A stretch of DNA of 64,000 nt from an uncultured Candidatus Saccharibacteria bacterium (GTDB lineage Bacteria > Patescibacteriota > Minisyncoccia > Portnoybacterales > UBA2143): assembly GCA_964594155.1 (NCBI GenBank), contig CAZQLH010000001.1, positions 74,132-138,131 of the forward strand. Reading direction: 5' to 3'. This document shows, piece by piece, positions 10,721 through 18,863 of the stretch (position 1 is its first letter; each line of letters opens with the position of its first letter). Position numbers and translations under genes: made by a program. A model generated the notes under the pieces. It had not been told where the DNA came from. It did no database searches and worked only from the letters and a program-made list of their open reading frames with translations.

Positions 10721-11933
10721 ATATCTTAATTATCTTTTTATAATGCTTTTCTGAATTATATTTTTCCAAAGCTTGTTTTTGGGCATTCTTACCCATTTGT
10801 CTTATTTCTTTTTTATGGTTAATCGCCCAAATAATCTTATCTGTTAAATCTTTTTGATTATTTAGTTTGAATAATATGCCAGTTTTCTTGTCTTTAATTA
10901 ATTCTGGAATACCGCCAACTTTAGCTGCTAAAACTGGCTTAGCTAAAGATAAGCTTTCTAAAATGCTAAAAGGCAAATTATCCGGCCAAATTGAAGCAAG
11001 AACTGTTAAATAAGATTTAGAAATTATTTCTTTTAACTGGCTTCTTTGTTTTCTGCCTAAAAATTCTATATTTTTATTATTTTCAGCTAATCTTTTTAAT
11101 TCATCTTTTTCTGGGCCATTACCAGCTATCTTTAATTTCCACTTAGGGAATTTATCTGAAACATCTAAAAATGATTTAATTAAAAGCTTAATTCCTTTTT
11201 CCCGGCTTAACCGCCCAAAGTATAATAAATATGGATTTTCTTTTGAAGATGAACTTTGTTTTTTATCTTTAGAAACAAAATACGGCAAATGAATAACTTT
11301 TTTCACTGGTATGCCTGCTTCTAACGCCTTTTTTTTCATAAACCTGCTTGGCGCTAAGAAAACGTCTATTTTATCTGTTGCTTTTAAAATATCTTTTTGT
11401 GATTTTGCTTCTAAATAACCGATTAAACTTTTAATATATGAATCTTTAATGCATTTTTTATACAAACAGGAACGAAAGTTTCTTTTTTCTAAACAATCAA
11501 AACATATTTTTCCTTGGGAAAACAACTGATAATTTGGACAAAACAACTTATAATCATGCAAAGTCATTGCTATTGGAATATTATATTTTTTTAATGTAAA
11601 AATTATTGACAGAGAAAGATGGCTCATAAAATTATGCAGATGAGCAATATCTGGTTTTTCTCTTTTAATAATCTTTTCTAATTTCTTAGCTGCTTCTTTA
11701 TTCCAAAAAATTCTTTTTACTTTCTTAAAATCCTTGAAAAATCCTTCGTGTTTGGAAAAATCACTGAATTGAGCAAAATCCTTTAAACCAGGAAAAGAAA
11801 AGTTCTTTGGGTGTTGGACGCTCCAAACTATAACCTGATGGCCTTTTTCAGATAAAAGATCTGATAAGTCAAAAAAGTGCCTCTCTGATCCTCCTTTTAA
11901 AAAGAAAAATTTATTTATCTGAAGTATTTTCAT
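10698..11933 (-). CDS. Glycosyltransferase family 4
   Basis: MKILQINKFF..KGGSE, TLHDY.L.CP, YFGRLS.EKG and GGIPELI motifs. Confidence 0.92.
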   Translation of the reverse strand: MKILQINKFFFLKGGSERHFFDLSDLLSEKGHQVIVWSVQHPKNFSFPGLKDFAQFSDFSKHEGFFKDFKKVKRIFWNKEAAKKLEKIIKREKPDIAHLHNFMSHLSLSIIFTLKKYNIPIAMTLHDYKLFCPNYQLFSQGKICFDCLEKRNFRSCLYKKCIKDSYIKSLIGYLEAKSQKDILKATDKIDVFLAPSRFMKKKALEAGIPVKKVIHLPYFVSKDKKQSSSSKENPYLLYFGRLSREKGIKLLIKSFLDVSDKFPKWKLKIAGNGPEKDELKRLAENNKNIEFLGRKQRSQLKEIISKSYLTVLASIWPDNLPFSILESLSLAKPVLAAKVGGIPELIKDKKTGILFKLNNQKDLTDKIIWAINHKKEIRQMGKNAQKQALEKYNSEKHYKKIIKIYERIQNN

Positions 11934-12955
11934 CTGAAATACAAATTAGTTTGTTTTATTGAGAATTTTTGTCTTGTGATGAATAAGTAAAACTTTTCTT
12001 GCAAAATCCATCTGACAACCTTAAACCAATTCTTCTTAATTGCTTGTCTGACGGTGCAAATCATCCAGCTTACTGGAGGATTCTCTGATAAAATCTTTTG
12101 CCTGGCCTGATTAGAAAACTTAGACCAATTTTTTATTTTATGAAGCCGGCCTATTTTCAAATTCCAGACATTAGATGGATAAATATAGCCAAAAGGATCA
12201 ATAAATAATGAATTTAACCCGGAATAATCCGGCAAAATTCTTTGTCTGTTTTTTAAAAAATTGATTGTTCCCCAGATAAAATAAGCTCTTAACCATTTCT
12301 TAGGGGAAAAACTTCTTAATTCTTGGCTAATCAGCCAGTTTAATTCTCTTTCTATTTGTCTTAAATTATGAATTCTGTTATCTTGTTTTTTAAAATAATG
12401 GGAAGAATTATGATAAACAGACAAGCTAAATTCTGTTTTTAATTCCTTGCTTAGCTGATAAATCCTTTTCAACTGATTAATATTATGACTTCCTAAAGTA
12501 AAAGCAATCTTTAAATCTCTTATTCCTAACTCTTTTAACAGCCGAATGGTCTCTAAAGCCAAGCTAAAGCCTCCTGGAAATCTTCTTAATTCCTCATGAG
12601 CCCTGCCAAATCCGTCTAATGAAACAGCTATTCCAATATTTTTCCTAAACTTAATAACTCTCTGCATTGTTTCTTTTATCTTACTAGGCAGAAAACCATT
12701 GGTGGAAATAACGATTTTAGCTTTTGGGCATTGACGGCTAATATTTTTAATAATTTCTAATAAATCCTGCCTTAAAAATGGTTCTCCTCCACTAATATTG
12801 ACGTTTTCAAGATTTCGTGGTAGATTTTTATAATCAATCGGTTTACAAGAAAAAAACTCCTGATTTTGCCAAATATTACAAAATCGGCAATGGCTATTAC
12901 ACTGATAAGTTACTGCTAAAACCACGTCCTTAATTGTTGAATTAAATCTATTCAT
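11930..12955 (-). CDS. Radical SAM protein with a degenerate SPASM/twitch C-terminus
   Basis: CNSHCRFC (CX3CX2C), GGEP, STNG and SLDG motifs. Confidence 0.9.
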   Translation of the reverse strand: MNRFNSTIKDVVLAVTYQCNSHCRFCNIWQNQEFFSCKPIDYKNLPRNLENVNISGGEPFLRQDLLEIIKNISRQCPKAKIVISTNGFLPSKIKETMQRVIKFRKNIGIAVSLDGFGRAHEELRRFPGGFSLALETIRLLKELGIRDLKIAFTLGSHNINQLKRIYQLSKELKTEFSLSVYHNSSHYFKKQDNRIHNLRQIERELNWLISQELRSFSPKKWLRAYFIWGTINFLKNRQRILPDYSGLNSLFIDPFGYIYPSNVWNLKIGRLHKIKNWSKFSNQARQKILSENPPVSWMICTVRQAIKKNWFKVVRWILQEKFYLFITRQKFSIKQTNLYFR

Positions 12956-12997
12956 ATATAAAATATATCTCTTAAGACCGTTACTTTACCAGAATAT

Positions 12998-14215
12998 ATG
13001 AAAAAAGTCAATAATAAAAATAGAAAAAAAACTTTTTACTTTTTACTTAGCTTGGTCTTATTAAGGCCATCTTTGGATATTTTTAGCCAAATAGAATTTC
13101 AAATTCATCCTAATTTGCCTATTTTTAATATTAATATTATTATTGGCGGATTAGTTTTTTTAATTTGTCTGCTATTTTTTAGTAAAAATATAAAAAATAT
13201 TTATTCTACGCCGCTTTTTTATCCTATTTTACTATTTTTAGGACTATGTTTTGCCAGTATTTTTTATTCTATTGATCCATTTAACAGTATTAGAGAATTT
13301 ATTAGAATTATTACGATTTTTCTTCTTTATTTTCTATCTTATCAATTGATTGAGAGTAAAAAAGATTTCTGGCTATTAATAAAAATTATTCTAATAAGCT
13401 ATATTTTGCCTGGTATTTTTGCCTTAATTCAGCTTATTTTTGGCTTAGGCCTGCCTGATGACTTTGGCGGATTTAAAAGAATTTACGGCACTTTTGCCCA
13501 TCCTAATCCTTTTGCTTTTTACACTTTTTTCATCTTAGGATTAGCCCTTGCTTTAACTCTGTCAAAAACACGCATTAATGTTACGTCTTGGTTTTTAATT
13601 ATTATTTTAACCTTTCTTCTTTTCTCTACTCATACTAGAAGCGCAATTGCTTGTTTTTTTATCTTTATTATTATTTTCGGGGTTTTTAAATACAGGCAAA
13701 TTCTTTTGGCTGGAATCATGATTTTCTTTTTTGCTTATTTCTTTTCTGAAATCTTTCAACAGCGCCTTTGGGAATTAATTGCTTTAGATCCATACAGTTC
13801 AGTTGTTTGGCGATTTCGCCTTTGGAAAGATATAATTCCAATTTCTATGTGGCAGCCATGGCTTGGCTATGGAACTGGAACTTTTACAAACTTAGTTGAA
13901 TTTTACAGGGGTTTTAAATGGGGCAGCTTAGAAGCGCATAATGATTATTTAAAAATATTTGTTGAAAACGGCATTTTGGGCTTAATCGCCTATTTTTGGC
14001 TTATTGCCAGCTTATTATTTTATTTGCTTAAAATATTCAAAAAAACTATTAATCAAGATAAAATTCTAACTTTGGGGATTTTAGTTATTTGTATAAGCTT
14101 ATTTGCCGCTAGTTTTTTTGACAATATTCTACGCGAAACAGCCCTTCAGTGGAATCTTTGGATTCTTTTAGCTGGCTGGTTAAAAATCCAATTAAAAAAC
14201 CCTGCATCTTTTTAG
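12998..14215 (+). CDS. O-antigen ligase/Wzy_C family membrane protein
   Basis: About 12 TM segments; RIYGTFAHPN, TRSA, PWLGYGTG and AHNDYL motifs. Confidence 0.9.
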   Translation: MKKVNNKNRKKTFYFLLSLVLLRPSLDIFSQIEFQIHPNLPIFNINIIIGGLVFLICLLFFSKNIKNIYSTPLFYPILLFLGLCFASIFYSIDPFNSIREFIRIITIFLLYFLSYQLIESKKDFWLLIKIILISYILPGIFALIQLIFGLGLPDDFGGFKRIYGTFAHPNPFAFYTFFILGLALALTLSKTRINVTSWFLIIILTFLLFSTHTRSAIACFFIFIIIFGVFKYRQILLAGIMIFFFAYFFSEIFQQRLWELIALDPYSSVVWRFRLWKDIIPISMWQPWLGYGTGTFTNLVEFYRGFKWGSLEAHNDYLKIFVENGILGLIAYFWLIASLLFYLLKIFKKTINQDKILTLGILVICISLFAASFFDNILRETALQWNLWILLAGWLKIQLKNPASF

Positions 14216-14237
14216 ATACAGGGTCTTTTTGTTTTTT
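14194..14237. terminator. Bidirectional intrinsic terminator
   Basis: AAAAAA-CCCTGCATCT-TTTT-AGATACAGGG-TCTTTTT, between convergent transcription units. Confidence 0.75.
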
Positions 14238-14263
14238 AATCCCTCCTAACTATCATTATTATC

Positions 14264-14394
14264 TCGGGCGGCAATGCCTATCCCTTGAAAATGACAAAGT
14301 CCTTTAGATGATAATATAATAATCTATTCTCTTCCTAAATAGCAATGCTTGTTTAGGAAAGAATTTGCGAATAAATAGCAATGCTTGTTTATTC
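14264..14394. repeat. Three RGCAATGCY-core hairpins (14266-14284, 14332-14359, 14369-14394)
   Basis: TAAATAGCAATGCTTGTTTA occurs twice with different self-complementary outer stems; plus GGGCGGCAATGCCTATCCC. Confidence 0.85.
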
Positions 14395-14414
14395 TGAAAG
14401 TTTGTTGAGAGATT

Positions 14415-15029
14415 TTATTCAGCCAATTCTGGATGCCGGCCTTGTTTTAATTTTCCCAGGCCAAGCGATTTCAGAGGAATCGTGGGCTTATTTGGATACA
14501 TTACCAAGCCAATGGCTAATGTGTCCATAACAACTGCCCCAAGATCCATTTCATAAATAATCCATTTATTTTTTGGATCAAGAAGGAAAAATCCAACATC
14601 ATTGTCTGCTGATTCAGCATATCCCCAAATATGCTCCACAACCGGCTCTTTAACGCCTTTGGCATAATTGGGCAAACTGAATTCAGCTCTGCCTTTTTTT
14701 ACAACAATGTCCGCAAAATAAAAATTTCTTTTGCCAGCCGCATGAAGGATGCCAGAAGCCAGTTTAATTCTGACAGCTGATTTTACCTTTTTTTTCATTG
14801 ACGCCATTGCCGGATTAAGAATAGTAACATGAACTCTGTCGCCTATATCCTTAACCTTAATTGAAAACTTGGCCATTGGCGCCATATCAGCTGTTGGCGC
14901 AGTAAGCTTGCTGTCTTTCATTAAAGCGCGAATCTCATCAGCGGTTTCTGGATGCTTCATCTGTTCTGCGCTGACAAAAACGGGAAATAACCAGAAAATC
15001 GCCAACACTATGAATAATGTTCTTTTCAC
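14415..15029 (-). CDS. Secreted protein of unknown function (cassette gene 4)
   Basis: Signal peptide ending VSA; GTG start with AAGGAGGTGA Shine-Dalgarno. Confidence 0.8.
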   Translation of the reverse strand: MKRTLFIVLAIFWLFPVFVSAEQMKHPETADEIRALMKDSKLTAPTADMAPMAKFSIKVKDIGDRVHVTILNPAMASMKKKVKSAVRIKLASGILHAAGKRNFYFADIVVKKGRAEFSLPNYAKGVKEPVVEHIWGYAESADNDVGFFLLDPKNKWIIYEMDLGAVVMDTLAIGLVMYPNKPTIPLKSLGLGKLKQGRHPELAE

Positions 15030-15035
15030 TCTACA

Positions 15036-16616
15036 TCACCTCCTTTTTTTTAATTTCTGTTTTAAAATATTCCAGATTTCCTGTTCTGCTTTTTCTGTGT
15101 CAATAACTGAAATCGGGATACTTCTTTTACTCTTGCTAAAAATTTGATGATAAAGATTATACAAGCTAATCTCGCCGTAAAGACCAGTAGAACTTGTATT
15201 TCCTTTGCTACTCTTCCAATCTGTATAACCAGCGCCTATTTTAAAAGAACCATTAAAACATGACAGGCCGATTTTGCCTCCGGTTCCCAATTTGCTGTTT
15301 TCAGCATAATAGGTTCCGCGGGTCTCGCTCCAAACCTGTAAATCTTTGCCAATGATATCAAAGACATCAGCATAAACCGCCAGATTATAAGCGCCTTTAT
15401 TGTCTGGTTCTCCATTTAACGGCTGTTGTCCGTTCCATTGATCAGTCCAATAATCGTTTTTCTGATGATTTATGTCTATTTCCACTTCACCAGAAACACG
15501 AATCTTGGAAAACCATTTTTCATTAGCCCGTCCATTGTATTCAGCAGAAGAATAGAAATTCATAATATCTGTTTTCTGCTCCACGCTGTACTGGCCAAAC
15601 TGATTATTCAGATAACCCTGATCCTTGCGCTGGCCTAAGCCAGCCCTGCCAAGAACTTCCCAATTTCTTTTCTGGTCGCGGAAACGCCCGGCTATAGCCC
15701 AGATATCCGCATCGCCTTTGTAATGAAACGGATTGCTTTCTCCGGTTTCGCCTGACCAATTTCTGGCCGTGTAATTCAACCCAAATGCCCATTCATTTCC
15801 GTCATAATCATCAAAAACAACCGGGTAAAGAGTTGACGACTGCCACCAGCCACTTACATTATTGCCGTCTTTATAGCTTTCGCTATATCCGCCCCAAGTT
15901 GAATCCCAGTCCCATTTATGTTTTTTAACTTTTGCTGGAATTTCCAACCTATCTGCTAAAAAGAATGGAAATGGCGGCGGTATTGGGGGTATTGGCGGAG
16001 GCAAAAGTAAAGCTATTTTTTTCTTTTGCTTGATTGCCCAATTTCCGCAATAAATCGGATACCAAAGCTCGCGGCCGTTATCAAGCTGATAAACCCGGGC
16101 TGCTTGTTTTTTGCCTTTCCAATCAACAACAACATTTCTCCAGATATGAAATTTCTTTCCGAAAAGCATTTTCACAAACTCATCTTTTTCCTTGATAATA
16201 TCCCAGCGAAATCCTTTTTGGGATTTTTCCAAGGCATCCATATGAATGGAAATGACTTTCTCGGTTTGCTCTATGGTTAATCCAAGAGTTCTTAATCCCT
16301 GAATGTCCCGAAGCAGTTGCTTTTCAGAATCAGCTGGAAATCTTTTAAAAGGATTTCTATTGAAATCTTTCCAAATTGATTTAGCATTAATATCCAGAAG
16401 ATCGCTTAAATGAATCTTCTGATTAGGAAAAATAGAATTCCTTTTTCTTGCCTCTGTCCTGACTTTTGCCCAAGGAATATGAAAAACCTTGATAGCGATT
16501 TTATAAATACTATCGCCTTTCTTTACCGTGTAAACCCTGTCATCTGATTGAAAAGCAGAGGCAGAATTTACAATGGCAAAGAATACAATTATTGTTAAGA
16601 GTATTCTTTTTATCAT
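15036..16616 (-). CDS. Secreted LysM protein with polyproline linker and beta-strand-rich (beta-barrel-like) C-terminal domain (cassette gene 3)
   Basis: Signal peptide ending ASA; VYTVKKGDSIYKIA...IFPNQKIHL LysM; PPPIPPIPPP linker; aromatic/Gly alternating strands. Confidence 0.75.
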   Translation of the reverse strand: MIKRILLTIIVFFAIVNSASAFQSDDRVYTVKKGDSIYKIAIKVFHIPWAKVRTEARKRNSIFPNQKIHLSDLLDINAKSIWKDFNRNPFKRFPADSEKQLLRDIQGLRTLGLTIEQTEKVISIHMDALEKSQKGFRWDIIKEKDEFVKMLFGKKFHIWRNVVVDWKGKKQAARVYQLDNGRELWYPIYCGNWAIKQKKKIALLLPPPIPPIPPPFPFFLADRLEIPAKVKKHKWDWDSTWGGYSESYKDGNNVSGWWQSSTLYPVVFDDYDGNEWAFGLNYTARNWSGETGESNPFHYKGDADIWAIAGRFRDQKRNWEVLGRAGLGQRKDQGYLNNQFGQYSVEQKTDIMNFYSSAEYNGRANEKWFSKIRVSGEVEIDINHQKNDYWTDQWNGQQPLNGEPDNKGAYNLAVYADVFDIIGKDLQVWSETRGTYYAENSKLGTGGKIGLSCFNGSFKIGAGYTDWKSSKGNTSSTGLYGEISLYNLYHQIFSKSKRSIPISVIDTEKAEQEIWNILKQKLKKRR

Positions 16617-16632
16617 AATTCTGCCCCTTTTT

Positions 16633-17469
16633 TTAATCTTGCTTCATGCGCAATTGCAGCCATTCTTTATAATCGCGTTCGTACTGTTCTTTTTTTTGTT
16701 GATAATCCTGCATTTCTTTATTCCACTTATTAAATCCGAGCTTTTCAAGAGTCAAGCCAAGCTGAAATCTATCCACTAAGGCTGTGTCGTAATACGGCAG
16801 GTATAAATCAGCTTTTTGGACAATCGCTTGAACAAGCGACCAAATCCTAACGCCGAAAATGCCGAATAAAGAAGAAAAATCAGTTGCCCCGGCCAAAATT
16901 ATATCATCTGTGGTAATTTTGGCTACCTGGGACATAACCCGGTCAAAAAGGCCTGGAATTTTCTGATTGTCTAAGCCTTTTCCGATATTAATTAAAATAG
17001 TTTGTATTTGCTTATCCTGTTCAGAATCTAATTTAATATTTTCCCAAATCTCAATCCCGGTTTCGCCCAATAACTTAATCTTAGACCAATCTAATTTTGG
17101 AACTAAATAGCCATTTTTGGAAAAGATATTTTTTCCATCAACAGTATAAAAGTTCCTGCCGCTTCGTGAAGAAATAATGCATTTTTGATTAGAAAGATCT
17201 GCTTCAGCTATTATTAATAACCGATTTTTAACCCTGACGCCAGAAAATGATTTCTTGTTATCTAATGGTTGTTCCAAAAATAAATTATGGCGTACCCCTG
17301 ATCCTTCTGATAAAAAAAGAACAGGATGTATTTCCAACCAATAGACATTATAAGATAGAAAAGCTTGTTCTTCTATCTTATTTATATCTTTTTCCGGCAT
17401 TATGAATTGCCGATTAGCGCAGGCGCTCAAAGAAAGCGCCAGCATTAACATTATTGTTAATCTTTTCAC
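16633..17469 (-). CDS. Lipoprotein of unknown function (cassette gene 2)
   Basis: Lipobox LSAC; GTG start with AAGGAGGTGA SD; C-terminal coiled-coil-like segment. Confidence 0.8.
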   Translation of the reverse strand: MKRLTIMLMLALSLSACANRQFIMPEKDINKIEEQAFLSYNVYWLEIHPVLFLSEGSGVRHNLFLEQPLDNKKSFSGVRVKNRLLIIAEADLSNQKCIISSRSGRNFYTVDGKNIFSKNGYLVPKLDWSKIKLLGETGIEIWENIKLDSEQDKQIQTILINIGKGLDNQKIPGLFDRVMSQVAKITTDDIILAGATDFSSLFGIFGVRIWSLVQAIVQKADLYLPYYDTALVDRFQLGLTLEKLGFNKWNKEMQDYQQKKEQYERDYKEWLQLRMKQD

Positions 17470-17993
17470 ACTGTCACCTCCTTGAATGATTTTAGCTCTT
17501 CGTTTTGTTTATAGTGCAGTTTAAGATGTTTTGCCACCCTATGAGGGTTTTTATTCCTAAATTTACAAATAGGACAGCAAATCATTTCTTTTTCCATAAA
17601 GCATTTAACTTCAAATACCCTCTTATTGGCAAAACCCAATCTAATAATTTTCTGGCTTTTCTGAGTTGTTTTTATTCTTTTTCTACGTATATAGAAAAAA
17701 ACAACAATCAAGAAAAAAATAGACACAATTCCTGACATAATTTCTAAAAAAGAATTATTTGAAATAATATCTTTTTTCTTTTCAAAAACCGGAATCTTAA
17801 GGCCCTCGCCAGCAAAAATAGTGTCTTTTATAGTGCGATTATTTATTTTTGCCAGTTCATCCATTGGAATTTTATACTTTACAGCAATAATTCCCCATGT
17901 TTCTTTTGGCTGGACTACATGAATCTTGTATTCCTGCGCAAAGCCCAAAGAATAACAAAACAACGCCACAAAACAAATCAATATCTTTTTCAT
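17466..17993 (-). CDS. LysM-transmembrane-C2H2 zinc-finger protein (cassette gene 1)
   Basis: Start moved to ATG 17993 (GAGAGG SD). Signal peptide; HVVQPKETW..IA.KY...L.K.N......IFAGEGLKIP LysM; TM helix; CPIC-x12-HLKLH. Confidence 0.8.
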   Translation of the reverse strand: MKKILICFVALFCYSLGFAQEYKIHVVQPKETWGIIAVKYKIPMDELAKINNRTIKDTIFAGEGLKIPVFEKKKDIISNNSFLEIMSGIVSIFFLIVVFFYIRRKRIKTTQKSQKIIRLGFANKRVFEVKCFMEKEMICCPICKFRNKNPHRVAKHLKLHYKQNEELKSFKEVTV

Positions 17994-18007
17994 TTCAAAC
18001 CTCTCTT

Positions 18008-18050
18008 TCGGACGGCAATGCCTATCCATTATAGTAGCAATGCTTTCTAT
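18008..18050. promoter_or_regulatory. Two RGCAATGCY-core hairpins/operators flanking a minus-strand TATAAT upstream of the cassette
   Basis: GGACGGCAATGCCTATCC (18010-18027) and ATAGTAGCAATGCTTTCTAT (18031-18050); TATAAT at 18033-18028; cores 22 bp apart. Confidence 0.7.
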
Positions 18051-18087
18051 TTAATTTTCAAGGAACTCCTCCTTAAAAACCTCCTCT

Positions 18088-18726
18088 TTAGATATAAAAA
18101 TCATTTCTATCCAAAAAGGAAGTTTCTTTTTTTAAAACCCAGATTATGCCAATTAAAAATCCTGCTAAAGCGCCTAAAATTGAACCTACCCACAGCTGAA
18201 TAACAACTGGTTTTTGACTGACTAACGGCTCATTTAAAATCTTTAATTCAACATTTTGTCCGCCGCCATGATAAAACCAATGTTCATCTGCTAATGTATT
18301 GATAATTGCCCGGCTGATTTGTTCAGCTTTTTCTTTTTGAGGATAAAAAACATCTATCTCTATTATTCCTAAATCGCGGATTATTGTTGTTTTAACTGTT
18401 TTTTGCCATTGTTTCCGTCTTTTTTTGATTTGAGGTGAAAAGCCATCTGCTTCCACTTGATAAGACGATTGCGTAACTTTTTCAAAAAAACTATCAGAAT
18501 AAATTCCTTGTTTTAAAATACGGGAAAGATATTGAGCTGATTTAGAAATACTATAAATATCCTGGCCAGATACTTGTTTTTGAACAACTAATATCTTAGA
18601 ACTGGATTTATATTGCGGTGTTTGAATAACAGCCAAATCAAAAACTAAAACAGCCCCTAAAACAGTCAGCCAAAAGATTAGCCATTTCTTTTTATAAAGC
18701 GTTTTGATTGTTTGTTTAAAAGTCAT
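18088..18726 (-). CDS. Wzz/CpsC-like polysaccharide chain-length/co-polymerase protein
   Basis: KKKWLI + TM1, TPQYKSSSKILV, C-terminal TM with GALAGFLIG. Confidence 0.8.
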   Translation of the reverse strand: MTFKQTIKTLYKKKWLIFWLTVLGAVLVFDLAVIQTPQYKSSSKILVVQKQVSGQDIYSISKSAQYLSRILKQGIYSDSFFEKVTQSSYQVEADGFSPQIKKRRKQWQKTVKTTIIRDLGIIEIDVFYPQKEKAEQISRAIINTLADEHWFYHGGGQNVELKILNEPLVSQKPVVIQLWVGSILGALAGFLIGIIWVLKKETSFLDRNDFYI

Positions 18727-18785
18727 AAAAAAATTGCCTTATCACAGGCAATAATATTATAACCAAATTCTATCTTGTTTGTCAA
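18727..18785 (-). promoter_or_regulatory. Sigma70 promoter followed by a terminator-like leader hairpin upstream of the wzz-like gene
   Basis: TTGACA-N18-TATAAT, then ATTGCCT-GTGATA-AGGCAAT-TTTTTT-ATG. Confidence 0.6.
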
Positions 18786-18803
18786 ATTTTGTCAAGCGAA
18801 TTC

Positions 18804-18863
18804 AAGGACCGTCATAGAAAATGATGTTCTTGGAACAAGGACGTCATTTTCAGGACGGTCCTT
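18804..18863. repeat. Diverged copy of the REPIN-like palindrome
   Basis: AAGGACCGTC/GACGGTCCTT outer arms and GAAAATGATGTTCTTG/CAAGGACGTCATTTTC inner arms; 4 nt past the dnaK stop. Confidence 0.8.

Noticed and set aside
14336-14391. Two identical 20-nt palindromic repeats as a mini CRISPR array
   Set aside because: Only two units, a 16-nt spacer whose ends pair with the flanks, and no cas genes in the window.
14332-14394. AGCAATG dual hairpins as an ANTAR-target RNA
   Set aside because: They do not form the hexaloop closed by a 3-bp stem, the AGCAAUG reading is antisense to the cassette genes, and no ANTAR protein is visible.
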